Below, piece by piece: positions 1 through 11,832 of a DNA stretch of 32,000 bases. Both the position numbers and the translations under genes were made by a program. The first letter of the stretch is position 1, and every line of letters begins with the position of its first letter. Source of the stretch: Wallemia ichthyophaga EXF-994 (Eukaryota > Fungi > Basidiomycota); the NCBI RefSeq assembly GCF_000400465.1, contig NW_008806278.1:502592-534591 (forward strand), in the 5' to 3' direction. The notes beneath the pieces are model-generated. The model did not search any database and was not told the origin of the DNA. It worked only from the letters and a program-made list of their open reading frames with translations.

Positions 1-25
1 AGTGACGCTCTAACGCACATTTCAG

Positions 26-2746
26 GCACTCTCCAACCAGAAATATCGTGAAATGTTGGCAGACTTTGGTGATGTCGGTCTCATGACTGGTGATGTCACC
101 ATCAATCCTTCAGCAAGTTGCTTGGTCATGACGACTGAAATTCTAAGATCAATGCTGTACAGAGGCTCAGAGATAATGCGCGAGGTATCCTGGGTTATAT
201 TCGACGAGATTCACTACATGCGTGACAAAGAGAGAGGTGTAGTCTGGGAAGAGACTATTATTCTCCTCCCACACAAGGTCAGATATGTTTTCTTATCAGC
301 GACAATCCCCAACGCACACGAATTCGCTGCGTGGGTGTGTCACACGCACAATCAACCAGTGCACGTCGTATACACCAACTACAGACCCACTCCTCTGCAG
401 CACTACCTCTTCCCGGCTGGCGGAGAGGGCATACATCTCGTCGTCGATGAGAAAGGTCAGTTTAGAGAGGAGAACTTTGTCAAGGCAATGGGTGCGCTCA
501 TGGATGCCGGCGGTGAAGCCCCCGCTGATGCTGCAAAGGGCGGTAAGAATGGAAAGAAGGGCGCGAAGAAGGGCGCTGGCAATAAAGATCAGTCTGATAT
601 TTACAAGATTGTTAAGATGATTATGATGAGGAATTACAATCCCGTTATCGTCTTCGCGTTTAGTAAGAGAGAGTGTGAAAACCTTGCGTTGCAGATGTCG
701 AAATTGGAGTTCAACAGTGATCAAGAACGTGATATGGTCAGCAAGGTCTTCAACAATGCCATAGCTAATCTCAATGATGAGGATAAGAATTTACCTCAGA
801 TTCAGCAGATATTGCCGTTGTTGAGAGTGAGTGGGGTGTCTTTGTTTGAGGCACACATCTAATCACACACCACAGCGTGGAATCGGTATTCATCACGGTG
901 GTCTTCTTCCAATCCTGAAAGAAACAATTGAAATTCTGTTCCAAGAGGGTCTTTTGAAGGTGTGTTTGAATAGTTGAAAAATGCTTCTCTGACGCAACAA
1001 ACACAGGTGCTATTCGCAACTGAGACTTTCTCTATCGGGTTGAATATGCCTGCAAAGACAGTAGTATTCACCAACGTCCGCAAATTTGACGGCAGGGATT
1101 TCAGAACCTTAACAGGGGGTGAATATATCCAAATGTCAGGCCGTGCAGGTAGAAGAGGGCTTGATGACAGGGGAATAGTTATAATGATGTGTGACGAGAA
1201 GCTCGAGCCAACAAACGCGAAAGGAATGGTGAAAGGAGAAGCCGATAGACTGGATTCGGCGTTCCACCTCGGGTATAACATGATACTCAATCTAATGCGC
1301 GTCGAGGGTATTTCACCTGAGTATATGCTCAACCGTTGTTTCTACCAGCACCAACAAACGCAGTCTGTCCCCCAGCTCGAGAAAGAGTTAAAGGAGATGG
1401 AAGCACAGCGAGATGAACTCGTCGTGCCTGAAGAGGGGGCTATTACGGAATACTACAACCTCAAAAAGCAACTGGAAGATTTTAGCAGTGATATACGCCA
1501 AGCGCAGAACCTGCCAACTTACGCACTGCCGTTCCTCCAGCCTGGTAGACTAGTTAAAGTGAAGCACCACGAGATGAATTTCGGCTGGGGTGTTGTTGTG
1601 AATTACAACAAGCGAGTTGGACCAGCCAAAAAACCACTACCAGTGGACACCAAACCACAGGACACATATATAGTAGATGTGCTGCTCAATTGTGCAGCTG
1701 GATCTAGTGTACCGAAAGACCGCAACTCGAATAACGCAGACCAATCTCTCACTTTCAGACCATGTGCTGCTGGAGAAAAGGGTGAAGCTATGGTAGTGCC
1801 AGTGTTACTGTCGACGTTGGATGGTGTGAGCCATATCAGACTATTCCTTCCAAAGGACCTCAGACCAGCTCAAGCAAAGGAGCAGGCGTACAAGAGTGTG
1901 CGAGAGGTCCAGAAGCGTTTCCCGAAAGGTGTCGCCATGCTCGACCCTGTTGAGAATATGAATATCAAGGATGAAGGCTTTACCAAGTTGATTAACAGAG
2001 TAGCAATCCTCGAGAAGAAGCTCAAGGAGAACAAGCTATACTCTGACGAACGCCTTGAAGGGATATACGCTAGTTATGAGAATAAATTGAACCTGATCAA
2101 TAAAGTTAAGGAGACTAAGAAGAGGATACAGACTACGCAAGATGTGATACAGCTGGATGAACTTAAGTGTCGCAAAAGAGTGCTTAGGAGACTTGGGTTT
2201 ACTTCCCAGGCAGATGTTATAGAAATGAAGGGTAGAGTGGCATGTGAGATTAGTACTGGGGATGAATTGCTCCTGACGGAGATGATATTTAATGGTGTTT
2301 TCAATCAACTCTCACCCGAACAATCTGCAGCCGTTCTTTCATGTTTCGTGTTTGATGAAAAGTCAGAGGCTAATCAGACACTCGACAATGATTTGAAAGC
2401 ACCTCTACATATTCTGCAAGAAGGTGCTAGGAGAATAGCCAAGATATCGTTGGAATCAAAGTTGTCATTTGATGAGGAGGTCTACGTACGATCATTTAAG
2501 GTGGAGTTAATGAACGTAGTTATGGAGTGGTGTAAAGGCAAGTCATTCGCGCATTTATGCACACTCACGGATGTGTTCGAGGGATCCATCATTAGAGCTT
2601 TCAGGAGATTGCAAGAACTTCTCAGACAAATGTCGTCAGCAGCTAATGCTATTGGTAACAACGACCTTAAGGAGAAGTTTGATAAGGCACTCGAGTTGGT
2701 CGATAGGCCAAATTCAGTTGTCTCGTGTCAGTCGCTGTATCTTTAG
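26..2746 (+). CDS. MTR4: Mtr4/Dob1 Ski2-like DExH RNA helicase, 5'-partial (window opens inside an intron). Exons 26-826, 876-959, 1007-2746
   Basis: Motifs [26 protein letters not shown] (DEIH), [26 protein letters not shown], an arch/KOW insert and C-terminal SLYL. Introns 827-875 and 960-1006 are GT-AG and restore the frame. Confidence 0.96.
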
Positions 2747-2984
2747 GTGTTAAAAATAATGCATGGAGATTTGTTTAAAGATTGCGTGTGTATGGTATGT
2801 ATTATAAAGTGAATACAATGCGTGTATATGTGGGAAGAATGGACGTATCGTCAATAATGCAAAATATAGCTTTAGAGGTCGCGAGCAGAAAGAATGTTGA
2901 GTCTTAAATTAATGCAGTATGTTAGTGGGTAATTACAGTTGTAGATATGTGTGCGGTTGTGGAAGGTGATTCGAGTGATCATTT

Positions 2985-5415
2985 CTAATATACACTGTCA
3001 AAACTCCCACTGCCACTCCCACTGCCACTACCACCAACACTCCCGCTATTCATACCCTCTTGCATTCTTGCAAATGTCCGCGACGCAATAAGCATACCTT
3101 TGAGATCCATATTCTTTATTTTATCCTGCATCCCAATTCGTCCAGACCTAGGAACATTGTAGCAAGTCTGCTGAGGGGGAGTGACAAAGTTGAAAAAGAG
3201 GGAAGTTTCAGGAGATATAATATTGAGCAGCAGCTGCGCCATCCAAAAGAAAGGTAGTGGTTCACTGACGAATGGAGGTCTTTTCTCATTTTCAATTGGT
3301 GTAGTTGTAGTTGTAGGTGTAGTTGTATTTGTAGTTGTAGTACCATTACTGCCAACGCCGACGCCCATGTAGTGGTCTTTCGTCGGTGATGGATCGAAGC
3401 TCGTTGGAGGACTACCCGAGGTTGTGGATGTGGATGTGTGAGTGGAGTCTGGGTTGCTGTTATTGCTATTACTGTTGCTATTACTATAGCTATTACTACG
3501 GCTACCCATGTTACTTTTCGAGTTGGTTGAGAAGAGAGTAGATTGTCGCTGAAACGACACTTGATCTTCATAAGTAGATTGTTTCTGACAGAGTATGTCG
3601 AAATCGTATCCCCTCCTCCAGGCAATAAGAGCGTTTCTGAAAGCAAATATGGTCGAAGACTGATCGAGACCTTGTAAATAACATCTACCCACGCTACCGC
3701 CATCGACGAGACCTATATCTAAAAGACCTCTGAGGATGGAAGAAATGAGGATATTGCGCGCAAATGGACCAAGTTCCTGACTGAATTGGGAGTCATCGAG
3801 TTGGTTGAATATACAGAACATCATTTCACCGTGCGTAGGTGTGCGTGTGGAGGCATCTATCAGACTTGCCCAGGCTTGGGCAGTGGGTGCAGCCCACAGC
3901 TTTTCGTTGGCAGGTAGAGGGACGTTACTCATCTCGTCTACCCGCAAAGTAGGTGGCTTGCCTTGCGCTATCCCGCCCAGCAGGTCAGCAAGGTATATGA
4001 TGAAAATAGCCCTCCGTTTTTGCTCATCTTTTACCCAATTCTTCCAGGCCATGTAGACGGAAGCTTTTGAACGCTCACCGAGATAGGTGAGCTTGGGTTT
4101 TTCGGGGTTTAGCCATGTGGCAGAGGTTTGGAGGAGACCGGAAGATCTCATAGCCTATTTTGGAGAGTGAGAATGATTATACAGAAGTAAAAGCAACGCA
4201 CCTCGCAAATAAAACCAAAACCACCATTAATACCATCCCAAATACTGCTAGCAGCGTCCTCCTCTAAGATAACAGGGGCGTAGTAAATGAGCAAAGCCAT
4301 AATCAAACCAATGAAATCGGATTGAGAGGTTTTACTTGACTTGTTGGATAAGCTGCCGTGAATCATTGCCAGCTTCTCGTGCCTGACGACCTCTCTAATG
4401 ATACCAGTCTGTTCAGCAGCTGAGGCACCTGGTTTTGAGTAGAGTTCAGCGTCAGTGAGGGAGGAGTTGTCGAAGGAGTGCAGTTTGTTGAAGGGTTTAG
4501 GACTGTTACCGCCAGTGCTACACAAAGCAAAAGCAACGCATACACTTGTATCTGATAGCTTGAAGGAGGGGAGGTGCATTAGGGGAAGGTGTACGTTTGT
4601 AGTTTGTAGGGCGTTTGCGCACAGAACAGAAAGGTGGTTGAGGGGTGGCAAGCCCCAGTGAGCAATGCTGTAAGGGCCAGCGAAACGTTCTTGTGGGATG
4701 AAAAATCTGTCGTTTGCGTCGTTGTGTGTTGGATTGTAAGAGGCTCCTGATGCAGTGGTGACGTCTTGGAATTCAATTCTGCGGATTGCCTTCTCTGGGG
4801 CGAGTGTGTCGAGATTTGGGTTGTTGAGGAGGTGATTGAGGGTGTTATTGTATTCGTTGTGTTGGCTGTATGTGTTATAATCTGAACCATAATTTGCGCC
4901 ATAATCTGCACCATAATCTGCACTATAATCTGCACTATAATCTGCACCAATCAAACTACCAATCGAATCAAATATATTAATTTGATTCGTCAATTCACCG
5001 TTGCCGCTGTTGCTGCTATTTATTGGCAGTTTATGCACTAATTCAGCATCGCTGGTATTGTCCATGTCACTATCACTGGCACTGGCGCTGGCACTGGCTT
5101 TGCTGCTGCTACCACCTCCACCTTGCTCTGTGTGACACCTTCTCCGATGTCGGCTGAGTACGTCACTGTGCAGCGTGAGAGTGGCTTTTACGCTATACAA
5201 CCACGCTCACCTCCTCGCAAACGACTTGTCGCAATGCAAGCAATGAAAAGTTTTACCCGCCTCTTTCTGGTCTGGCGGGGTGCGTTAAAGCCAATTCAAC
5301 TCAGGGGTAATTCGCACCACCCACGCACTGATCTCTTATGCCTGCGCAGAAACTCCGCCCGTGAATATCCAGCGTTGCAAATCTCGCAGATATAGCTCGG
5401 TTTCCCCGGTGTCAT
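2985..5415 (-). CDS. C2H2 zinc-finger transcription factor with a fungal-specific middle domain, about 761 aa. Introns 5324-5272, 5210-5166, 4201-4155
   Basis: Spliced N-terminus reads MTPGKPSYICEICNAGYSRAEFLRRHKRSVH-QKEAGKTFHCLHCDKSFARSDVLSRHRRRCH (two C2H2 fingers). Downstream TNVHLPLMHLPSF and LPANEKLWAAPTA resemble Fungal_trans-type domains. Spliced length is divisible by 3. Confidence 0.88.
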
Positions 5416-5543
5416 TGAGGTGTTGGTGGTGGTAGTTGGGAGGTGAGAGATGGGCAGCGTAAATACTCGTGTAGCGTTCTACCAGTTTTCATCTCCTCTA
5501 ATCTCCATTTATCTCCCTTATCTCCTCCTCCCCTCCAACTCCC

Positions 5544-6786
5544 ATGAACCGGCTCTTCTCCTTGTCCTTGTTCCGAGGTGGACTGCGCAGTGTTCCGGTG
5601 CTGCGGCATACACAGCGCACACAGCGCACACACCGCCAGTTCTCCCACGATGCCGCTCCCACTGCCAACGAGCACCTCCCCCAATACACAGCGCACACAG
5701 CGCACACACCGCCAGTTCTCCCACGCTGCCGCTCCCACTGCCACCGAGCACCTCCCCCACATTGTCCCCGATCTCCTCCCCTATATCCTCGCCGTGGTGC
5801 TGGGGAGCGTGGGAGGTGCGAGCGGCAGCAGCAATGACGATGACGACAGCGGCAGCGATAGCATTCTCAACAGCGACAAGAGCCCCCTCGAGCTGTACGA
5901 CACAGCCGACGCGGGCGTAGCGGTACGCGCGCGGCGGGATATACGCCGTGGCGAGCTGCTTATAGCTGAATTACCCCTGTTGGTGTGGGAGGAAGGTATG
6001 AGTGCGGTTGAGCTGCGTCGCTGGACGGATGCCCTCACAGACAGTGCCCGCGCCACTCTATTCAGTTTGAGCAGACGCAGCGATGACACAGCAATAGCCG
6101 CTGAGATGCACGATAACACGGACGAATCCGCACCTATACGCTCAGCTAATGGTTTTCAATTGCAGCTCCCCGATGTCGCATTGCAGGTGAGCAGCAGGGA
6201 AGGGAGTGGGATTGTGAGTGATGGCGATAGAAACAGAAACAACAAGAAGAATCCCAATCCCACTCCCACTCCCCCCACCCACGCCTCCTTCCTCTTCCCT
6301 CACATCAGCCGCATCAACCATTCATGCCTTCCTACTTGCGCACAAGCAATGGACTGGTCAACGCTACGTATGGAGGTGTACGCGATGCGCGATATCCCGC
6401 GTGGGGGTGAGGTTACGATAGAGTACTTGCCTGGGTTGGTAGCTATGTCGAGTGAGCCGCGTAAACGGAAATTAAAGGACACGTTCGGGTTTGAGTGCAA
6501 GTGTGGGCTCTGCTCCGCGTCCTTGCACACTCTCCATCAGTCAGATAGTCGCAGAGCGGAGCTGGCTGATGCATCACTGTCCCTCGCTGACCCACACACC
6601 CAACTCGATAGACAGGGAATGATCGGACAGCTCGAACGTATCCACTCCCTTCTCACTCTTGAAGGCTACACACTTGTTCCGGAATTTACTCACAATCACG
6701 TCTCTAGAGCTTACGCGGTTTTTAGACACTTGCGCAGTACACATATCGCTGATGACTCTCAGTCTCAGTCTCAATCAAAAGTATAG
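5544..6786 (+). CDS. SET-domain (SMYD/Set5-like) lysine methyltransferase. 5' end is frameshifted by a 76-bp duplication; alternative in-frame ATG at 5650
   Basis: Motifs ARRDIRRGELL, RINHSCLP, IPRGGEVTIEY and post-SET FECKCGLC. The ATG5544 frame joins the main ORF only if one 76-bp unit is removed. Confidence 0.8.
5608..5759 (+). repeat. Direct tandem duplication, 2 x 76 bp (5608-5683, 5684-5759), 2 mismatches
   Basis: Both units begin atacacagcgcacacagcgc and end gagcacctccccca. Differences are acgAtgcc/acgCtgcc and gccaAcg/gccaCcg. Confidence 0.95.
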
Positions 6787-6853
6787 CATTACATTCATGT
6801 GTACAAGTAAAAGTGATGAAAAAATCAAATAAAGTTCTGTTTGTGTCTTGTAT

Positions 6854-6921
6854 GCTGTTTTGCTGTTTTGCTGTGTTGCTGTGTTGCAATATGCTATATG
6901 CTATATGCTATATGCTATATG
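6854..6921. repeat. Adjacent short tandem repeats: (GCTGTKTT)x4 then (ATGCTAT)x4+
   Basis: Read directly in the convergent intergenic region between the SET and RRM genes. Confidence 0.8.
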
Positions 6922-7019
6922 ATATCGTAAGCTTTCTTGGTACTTGATTGGCACCATTATATCATGCCATGCCATGTTGCTGGGTATGGATAAATACAGC
7001 AACAACCTTTGATTCCCAA

Positions 7020-9398
7020 CTACCTCTCACGCCCATACACACCCGGTGTATGTCCAGGTGGGCCTGTCGTGAAACCGGGTGGGGGAGGGGTGTGTTGGAC
7101 TGGTTGTGATGTATTATCGTAGTAAGCAGTGCTGACGGAGGGGTGTGAATGTGAATGGGAATGCTGATTATGGGTATGACTATCTGCATTCACTCCCTCC
7201 CACTCCTGATACGGCTGGCTTGGAGGTGATACCCCAAAAAAGCGGGGCGGGTTAACACTTCCTGTGTTTTTACCCGTGGGTGCCCTCCCGACCCCAGCAG
7301 TATCCAATCCCAGCCCGACATTCGTATTCACCACGTGTTGCGGACGCGGCTGTTGCAGCAGTGGGTATGGCTGCAGAGAGAGAGCCGAGTTGGTGTGGTC
7401 GGTGTGTGAGTGTGATTGCGAGTGCGAATACGAATGGTTGTGTTGGTCGTAATGGGTAGTGGTGGTGGTGTCAGCATTATGGGCATTCTTTGGATTCGCT
7501 GTATTCCCCGCACTCTTTTCGTTATCTTTGAGAGATTCTTGTGGCTGTTCTGGTTGCTCTGAATACTGCTGCTGATGTTGCTGCAATTGAGCATCCCCCA
7601 CAGTCCTTCCCAAAGTCCCACTACCGCTCCCAATCAACCCCTCATTCCACCTCTCAAGATCCTGCGGGCTGTAGAGTGGCACGAGGCCTGCATTGGTAGT
7701 CATGAACCCAGTGGCGCGGAGAGGGGGCATGAGTGTTTGCATTGTGTGCACTGTGTGACCGGGATGAATGGGATGAATGGCGTTCATTGTGTGCGCTGTG
7801 TGTGCTGCGTGTGTTTGTATTGATTGCACTGCGTTAATTGCATTTGCATTTGCATTAACATCACCAACATTCCCACTAGCACCAATTCCCACACCTCCAC
7901 TTCCTCCATCTACCATGGTCATTTCCATCGTGTCTGTGTTGCTCTCACCTATTTTATTTCTTCGTCCCTGTCCCTGCTGTCCCTGCTGCATGACATACGG
8001 GTAGGCCATCACAGCCTGGCAGAGGTTGAGATTAAGAGCTGGGTAAGGGATGAAGGCGGGTGTAGATTGTGAGTGTTGCGATTGCTGCGTGTAGTAAGCC
8101 TGAGCCTGAGCTTGTGCCTGAGTGTGATTGAGGTTGAGGTTGAGATTGTTAGGTTGCTGCGCGGCATAACCGGGGTAGTAATACGCAGCTGATGAGCCTA
8201 ACTCACCTAACGCTCCCACTCCTACTCCACCCTCGTGATAATTCATATTGAGATAGTATCGTTTGCCATGTTGATTGTGGTTGTGGTTGTGTGGTCTAGG
8301 CGGGCGTGTGTTGTTACGGCGAAAACCACCTCCCCTACCTCTCCCCTCAAACGCACCACCTCTACCGTAAGATTTGCGTGGCGGGCGTGTGTCGTAAAAT
8401 GGTTGCGATGGGGGAGTAAGTGGATGTGTGGATGTCGTTTCGAGTGATTGGTTGGCTTCGTTCATGTCTGGGCTGAGTTGGGGCGTGGATGGTATAAAGC
8501 GGGACGGCGTATTTGGTGAGTCGTGCGGGTGAACAATTTCTTTTGACTGTTGCTTCTCCTGCCCCGCCGGCAAATGCAACTCCACCTCCCCTTTTCCTCC
8601 CTTCCCCTGGCGCATCTCAGGGAATGACTCGGAACGCGCGCCAAGAAATACAGACGGTGTAGCGTCCACGCTCGCCGTGATTGCCTTGTTGGTAGGGGCA
8701 CTTGCCAAGTCGAGTGCGCCGATGCTGTTGATTGCGTCATCGGAGGCAGTGTGATGTGAGGTAATCTGCTTTGGTTGCTGCGACTGAACCAGCGGAGGAA
8801 AGCTGCCTTTATCGTTGATAAGTGTGTTGTTTGTGTTATGGCCACTGTGCACCCCTCGACTGCGCTCATGAGCCCAACTCAAGTGGAAGAGGGAAGATTG
8901 ACGATGTGCGAACCATGCAGCCATACAATCATCTCTAAATTTAAATCTAACGATGAATTCACCTTGCTCGGCTGATTGCTCAGGAACACTACCAACAGCT
9001 GGACCAATCAGGAACGACTCCATGTCGCCGTGTTTACAGAAAGTGGATTGAATGGCTGATGAGTCGAGTGGGGTGTGAGAGATGCGTAGACTGCGATTAA
9101 CGCGTGCTCTCTCCACCCTAAGGAGACGGTCTTTGAGGTATATCTTGTTGGATTTGTTGAGAGCGACGTCTGCGTGGGAAGGTAATTGGTATTGTATAAA
9201 TGCACCCAGCCTGTTCTGGCGATCCCTATTGAGCTTGACGTGGTGCACTCTGCCGTACTTGGAGAAGAGATGGCTGAGCTGGAGCTTGAGATCGTCGTCG
9301 GCGAGTTGCTCAGGAAGGCTGTGATATGAGATTATGTAGAATATTCTGTTATTAACTCACTTTGCACAAAACAGCGCAGCCTTGGGAAGTGGCTTCAT
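7020..9398 (-). CDS. Rim4/Mug24-like RRM RNA-binding protein with a long low-complexity C-terminus, about 778 aa. Intron 9360-9319
   Basis: Spliced N-terminus LFCASLPEQLADDDLKLQLSHLFSKYGRVHHVKLNRDRQNRLGAFIQYQ...LRVERARVNRSL follows the Rim4 RRM1 pattern as I recall it. A second RRM-like segment is FIVRFKFRDDCMAAW. The tail is rich in Q/N/H/Y/G. Confidence 0.75.
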
Positions 9399-9532
9399 TT
9401 GTTTGTTAAATGATGGTTGTTTAGAATAAAGAGGGAAATTAAAGAAAATAAATTAAATCTAAAATCCACTCAATGAAGATATTCACTTGACTTAATTGAT
9501 CCCACTCTTCCACCCCCACCACCAACACTCAA

Positions 9533-11749
9533 ATGAGCAAACCACTCCCACGGAATCGTAAAAACCCAGGGCTGGGAAGGGCTCTAATTAATAACCAGCG
9601 TAAAGAACCTCCTAAGGATACGCAGATGCACACCACTGACTACGGCGTTTCTTCCATCACGCAGGAGAAAGATTTGGATGAGTTTCTTAACACGGCCGCT
9701 ATGGCTGAGACTGAGTTTACGGCTGAGAAAAATAAGAATGTTACAGTTATCCAGCACCCTTCAGTCGCTGGCCACGCCAATCCCTTCCTCCTCTCCCACG
9801 AAGAAGAAGTTCAAGTTAAAAAGAAACATGATTTGAACAGAGATCAGTTGAAGCTCCCACAGCGACCAGAGTGGTCTACCAGTACTACCCCCGCACAGCT
9901 TGACAAATCCGAGAGAGAATCCTTTTTGAACTGGCGCAGAGATCTTGCTCTGCTTATTGAGAGCGATGACAGCCTCCTCCTCACTCCCTACGAGCGCAAT
10001 CTCAACGTCTGGCGTCAACTTTGGCGTGTCATTGAGCGTTCTCAGCTGGTTGTTCAGATTGTCGACGGTCGTAACCCACAGATGTTCTGGGCGAGGGATT
10101 TAGACCCGTACACACGCAAAATGGGTGCAAAAGAGGTACATTGGCGTACTGAAGGCACTATGCAGGGCGAGGGGAAGCGCTCACTCGTTCTCATCAATAA
10201 GGCTGACTTGCTGGACGTTGAGCAACGCCAAAGATGGGCTGACTATTTCGACGCTCAAGGGATACGCTACGCCTTCTTTTCCGCCCTTAATGCCTCGGAA
10301 CTCATCGAGCAGCTCCGTGTGGTTAGACAAGTCCGCGATGAAATCCTCAACGCTGATGAGGTCGCTGAAGTAGCTGAAGAGCAGGAGCAGCAGAGGAAAC
10401 AGCTTGAGGTGCAGGATATAGTGGAGTCTGCGGGGTTGGATGGGTTAAAGGGGGAGGAGCAGAAACACCCACACTCACAGGATCACTCACACCCACCACA
10501 CCACCCTCCCATCGAATCCGCAGAAGGTTACGTCTCCCATGCACGTGGTCTGCCAGTTAATGTCGACGAGGCCATCAACGCCGTCGAGAAGCTGAAGACG
10601 GGTGAAGAAGTTGGTGACCAAGGTGACGGCAAGGCACACAATCAAGACACAGTAGCAGCCGAATCCACAACTCCAGCACCACCACCTTCTCAACAAAGCG
10701 AGCAACGCCGCACGCGAGTGCTCAATATAGTCGAACTCGAGCAGTTATTCATCGACGAAGCGCCCGACCTATCCTATCTCCCCGCCGGGCACAAGCTGAC
10801 AGTGGGTTTAGTTGGGTATCCGAATGTCGGTAAATCCTCAACGCTCAATGCGTTATTGGGAGCTCATCGTGTGAGTGTGTCCAGTACACCAGGTAAGACG
10901 AAGCACCTGCAGACGCACTTACTCGGTAAATCGCTTGTGTTATGTGATTGTCCAGGATTGGTATTCCCGCAATTTGCTAGCACGCGTGCTGAGCTGGTAT
11001 GCGATGGTGTGTTGCCTATTGACGATATGCGCGACTGGCGCGCACCGCTCGAGTTAGTCGCGCGCCGCGTTCCCCAGAGCGTGCTTGAGGGGTTGTATGG
11101 TATCAAGATCGATACGCGTGCGGTGGAAGATGGAGGTGATGGCGTGCCTACTGCTGAAGAACTAGCAACGGCATTCGCAGGTGAGTAGCACGTTTCACTT
11201 GCACTCTTAGAACACTCCCCACTAACATCTTGCTCAGTCGCTCGCGGTTTCACTCGCCAGGGCAGCTCAGGTGGAAATCCAGACGAGCAGCGCGCGGCGC
11301 GTATCATACTGAAGGACTACATCAACGCCAAACTCGTTTTCTGCCATCCCCCACCGGGCGTAAGTGCGGATGAGTTCAACGCAGCCATGCGCAGACGCTT
11401 GCAAGCCCGTGCGAGAGCACTCGGTCGTCGTCTCATCGGCTCTGAGCAAGGCAAGGTGCAGTCGATGAAGGGCGCCAGTCACGCTCGCTCCCTCGATCAC
11501 ACCTTCTTTCAGAAAAACCCGGCGAAACTCACCCCTACCCTCGCAGGCAAAGCTGCAGAGCAGCACGGGGATTTCTCACGCGTTAATATGTATCCTCATC
11601 AAGGCATCGTCGCTGATGACGGTACCCTCCTTAAAGGCAGGAAAGCTAAACAGGCCATGGCGGATGCAGGTATTGATGTCGCCAGCAGTAAGAAACATTT
11701 CAAGGGTGGTAAGCGCGTCAAGAAGAGATCTGGAGCGGGGTATGACTAG
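9533..11749 (+). CDS. LSG1: Large-subunit GTPase Lsg1 (circularly permuted GTPase), about 719 aa. Intron 11181-11237
   Basis: TPYERNLNVWRQLWRVIERS, G4 NKAD before G1 GYPNVGKSS, TPGKTKH, DCPG, and AARIILKDYINAKL. Confidence 0.95.
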
Positions 11750-11832
11750 ATTACAGCACATTTACATTTGCACATATAATGAGATGAGATGACTATAGAA
11801 TCTATCACTTTTATTTATACTATAATGCCTGC

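Noticed and set aside
5608-5759. The 76-bp duplication as a newly created intron
   Set aside because: The unit has no AG|GT or AG|GC proto-splice site, so an exact 76-nt GT/GC-AG excision is impossible.
7770-7815. CACACAGCGCACACA motif shared between the RRM gene and the SET 5' repeat
   Set aside because: It is low-complexity CA-rich sequence and likely arose independently.
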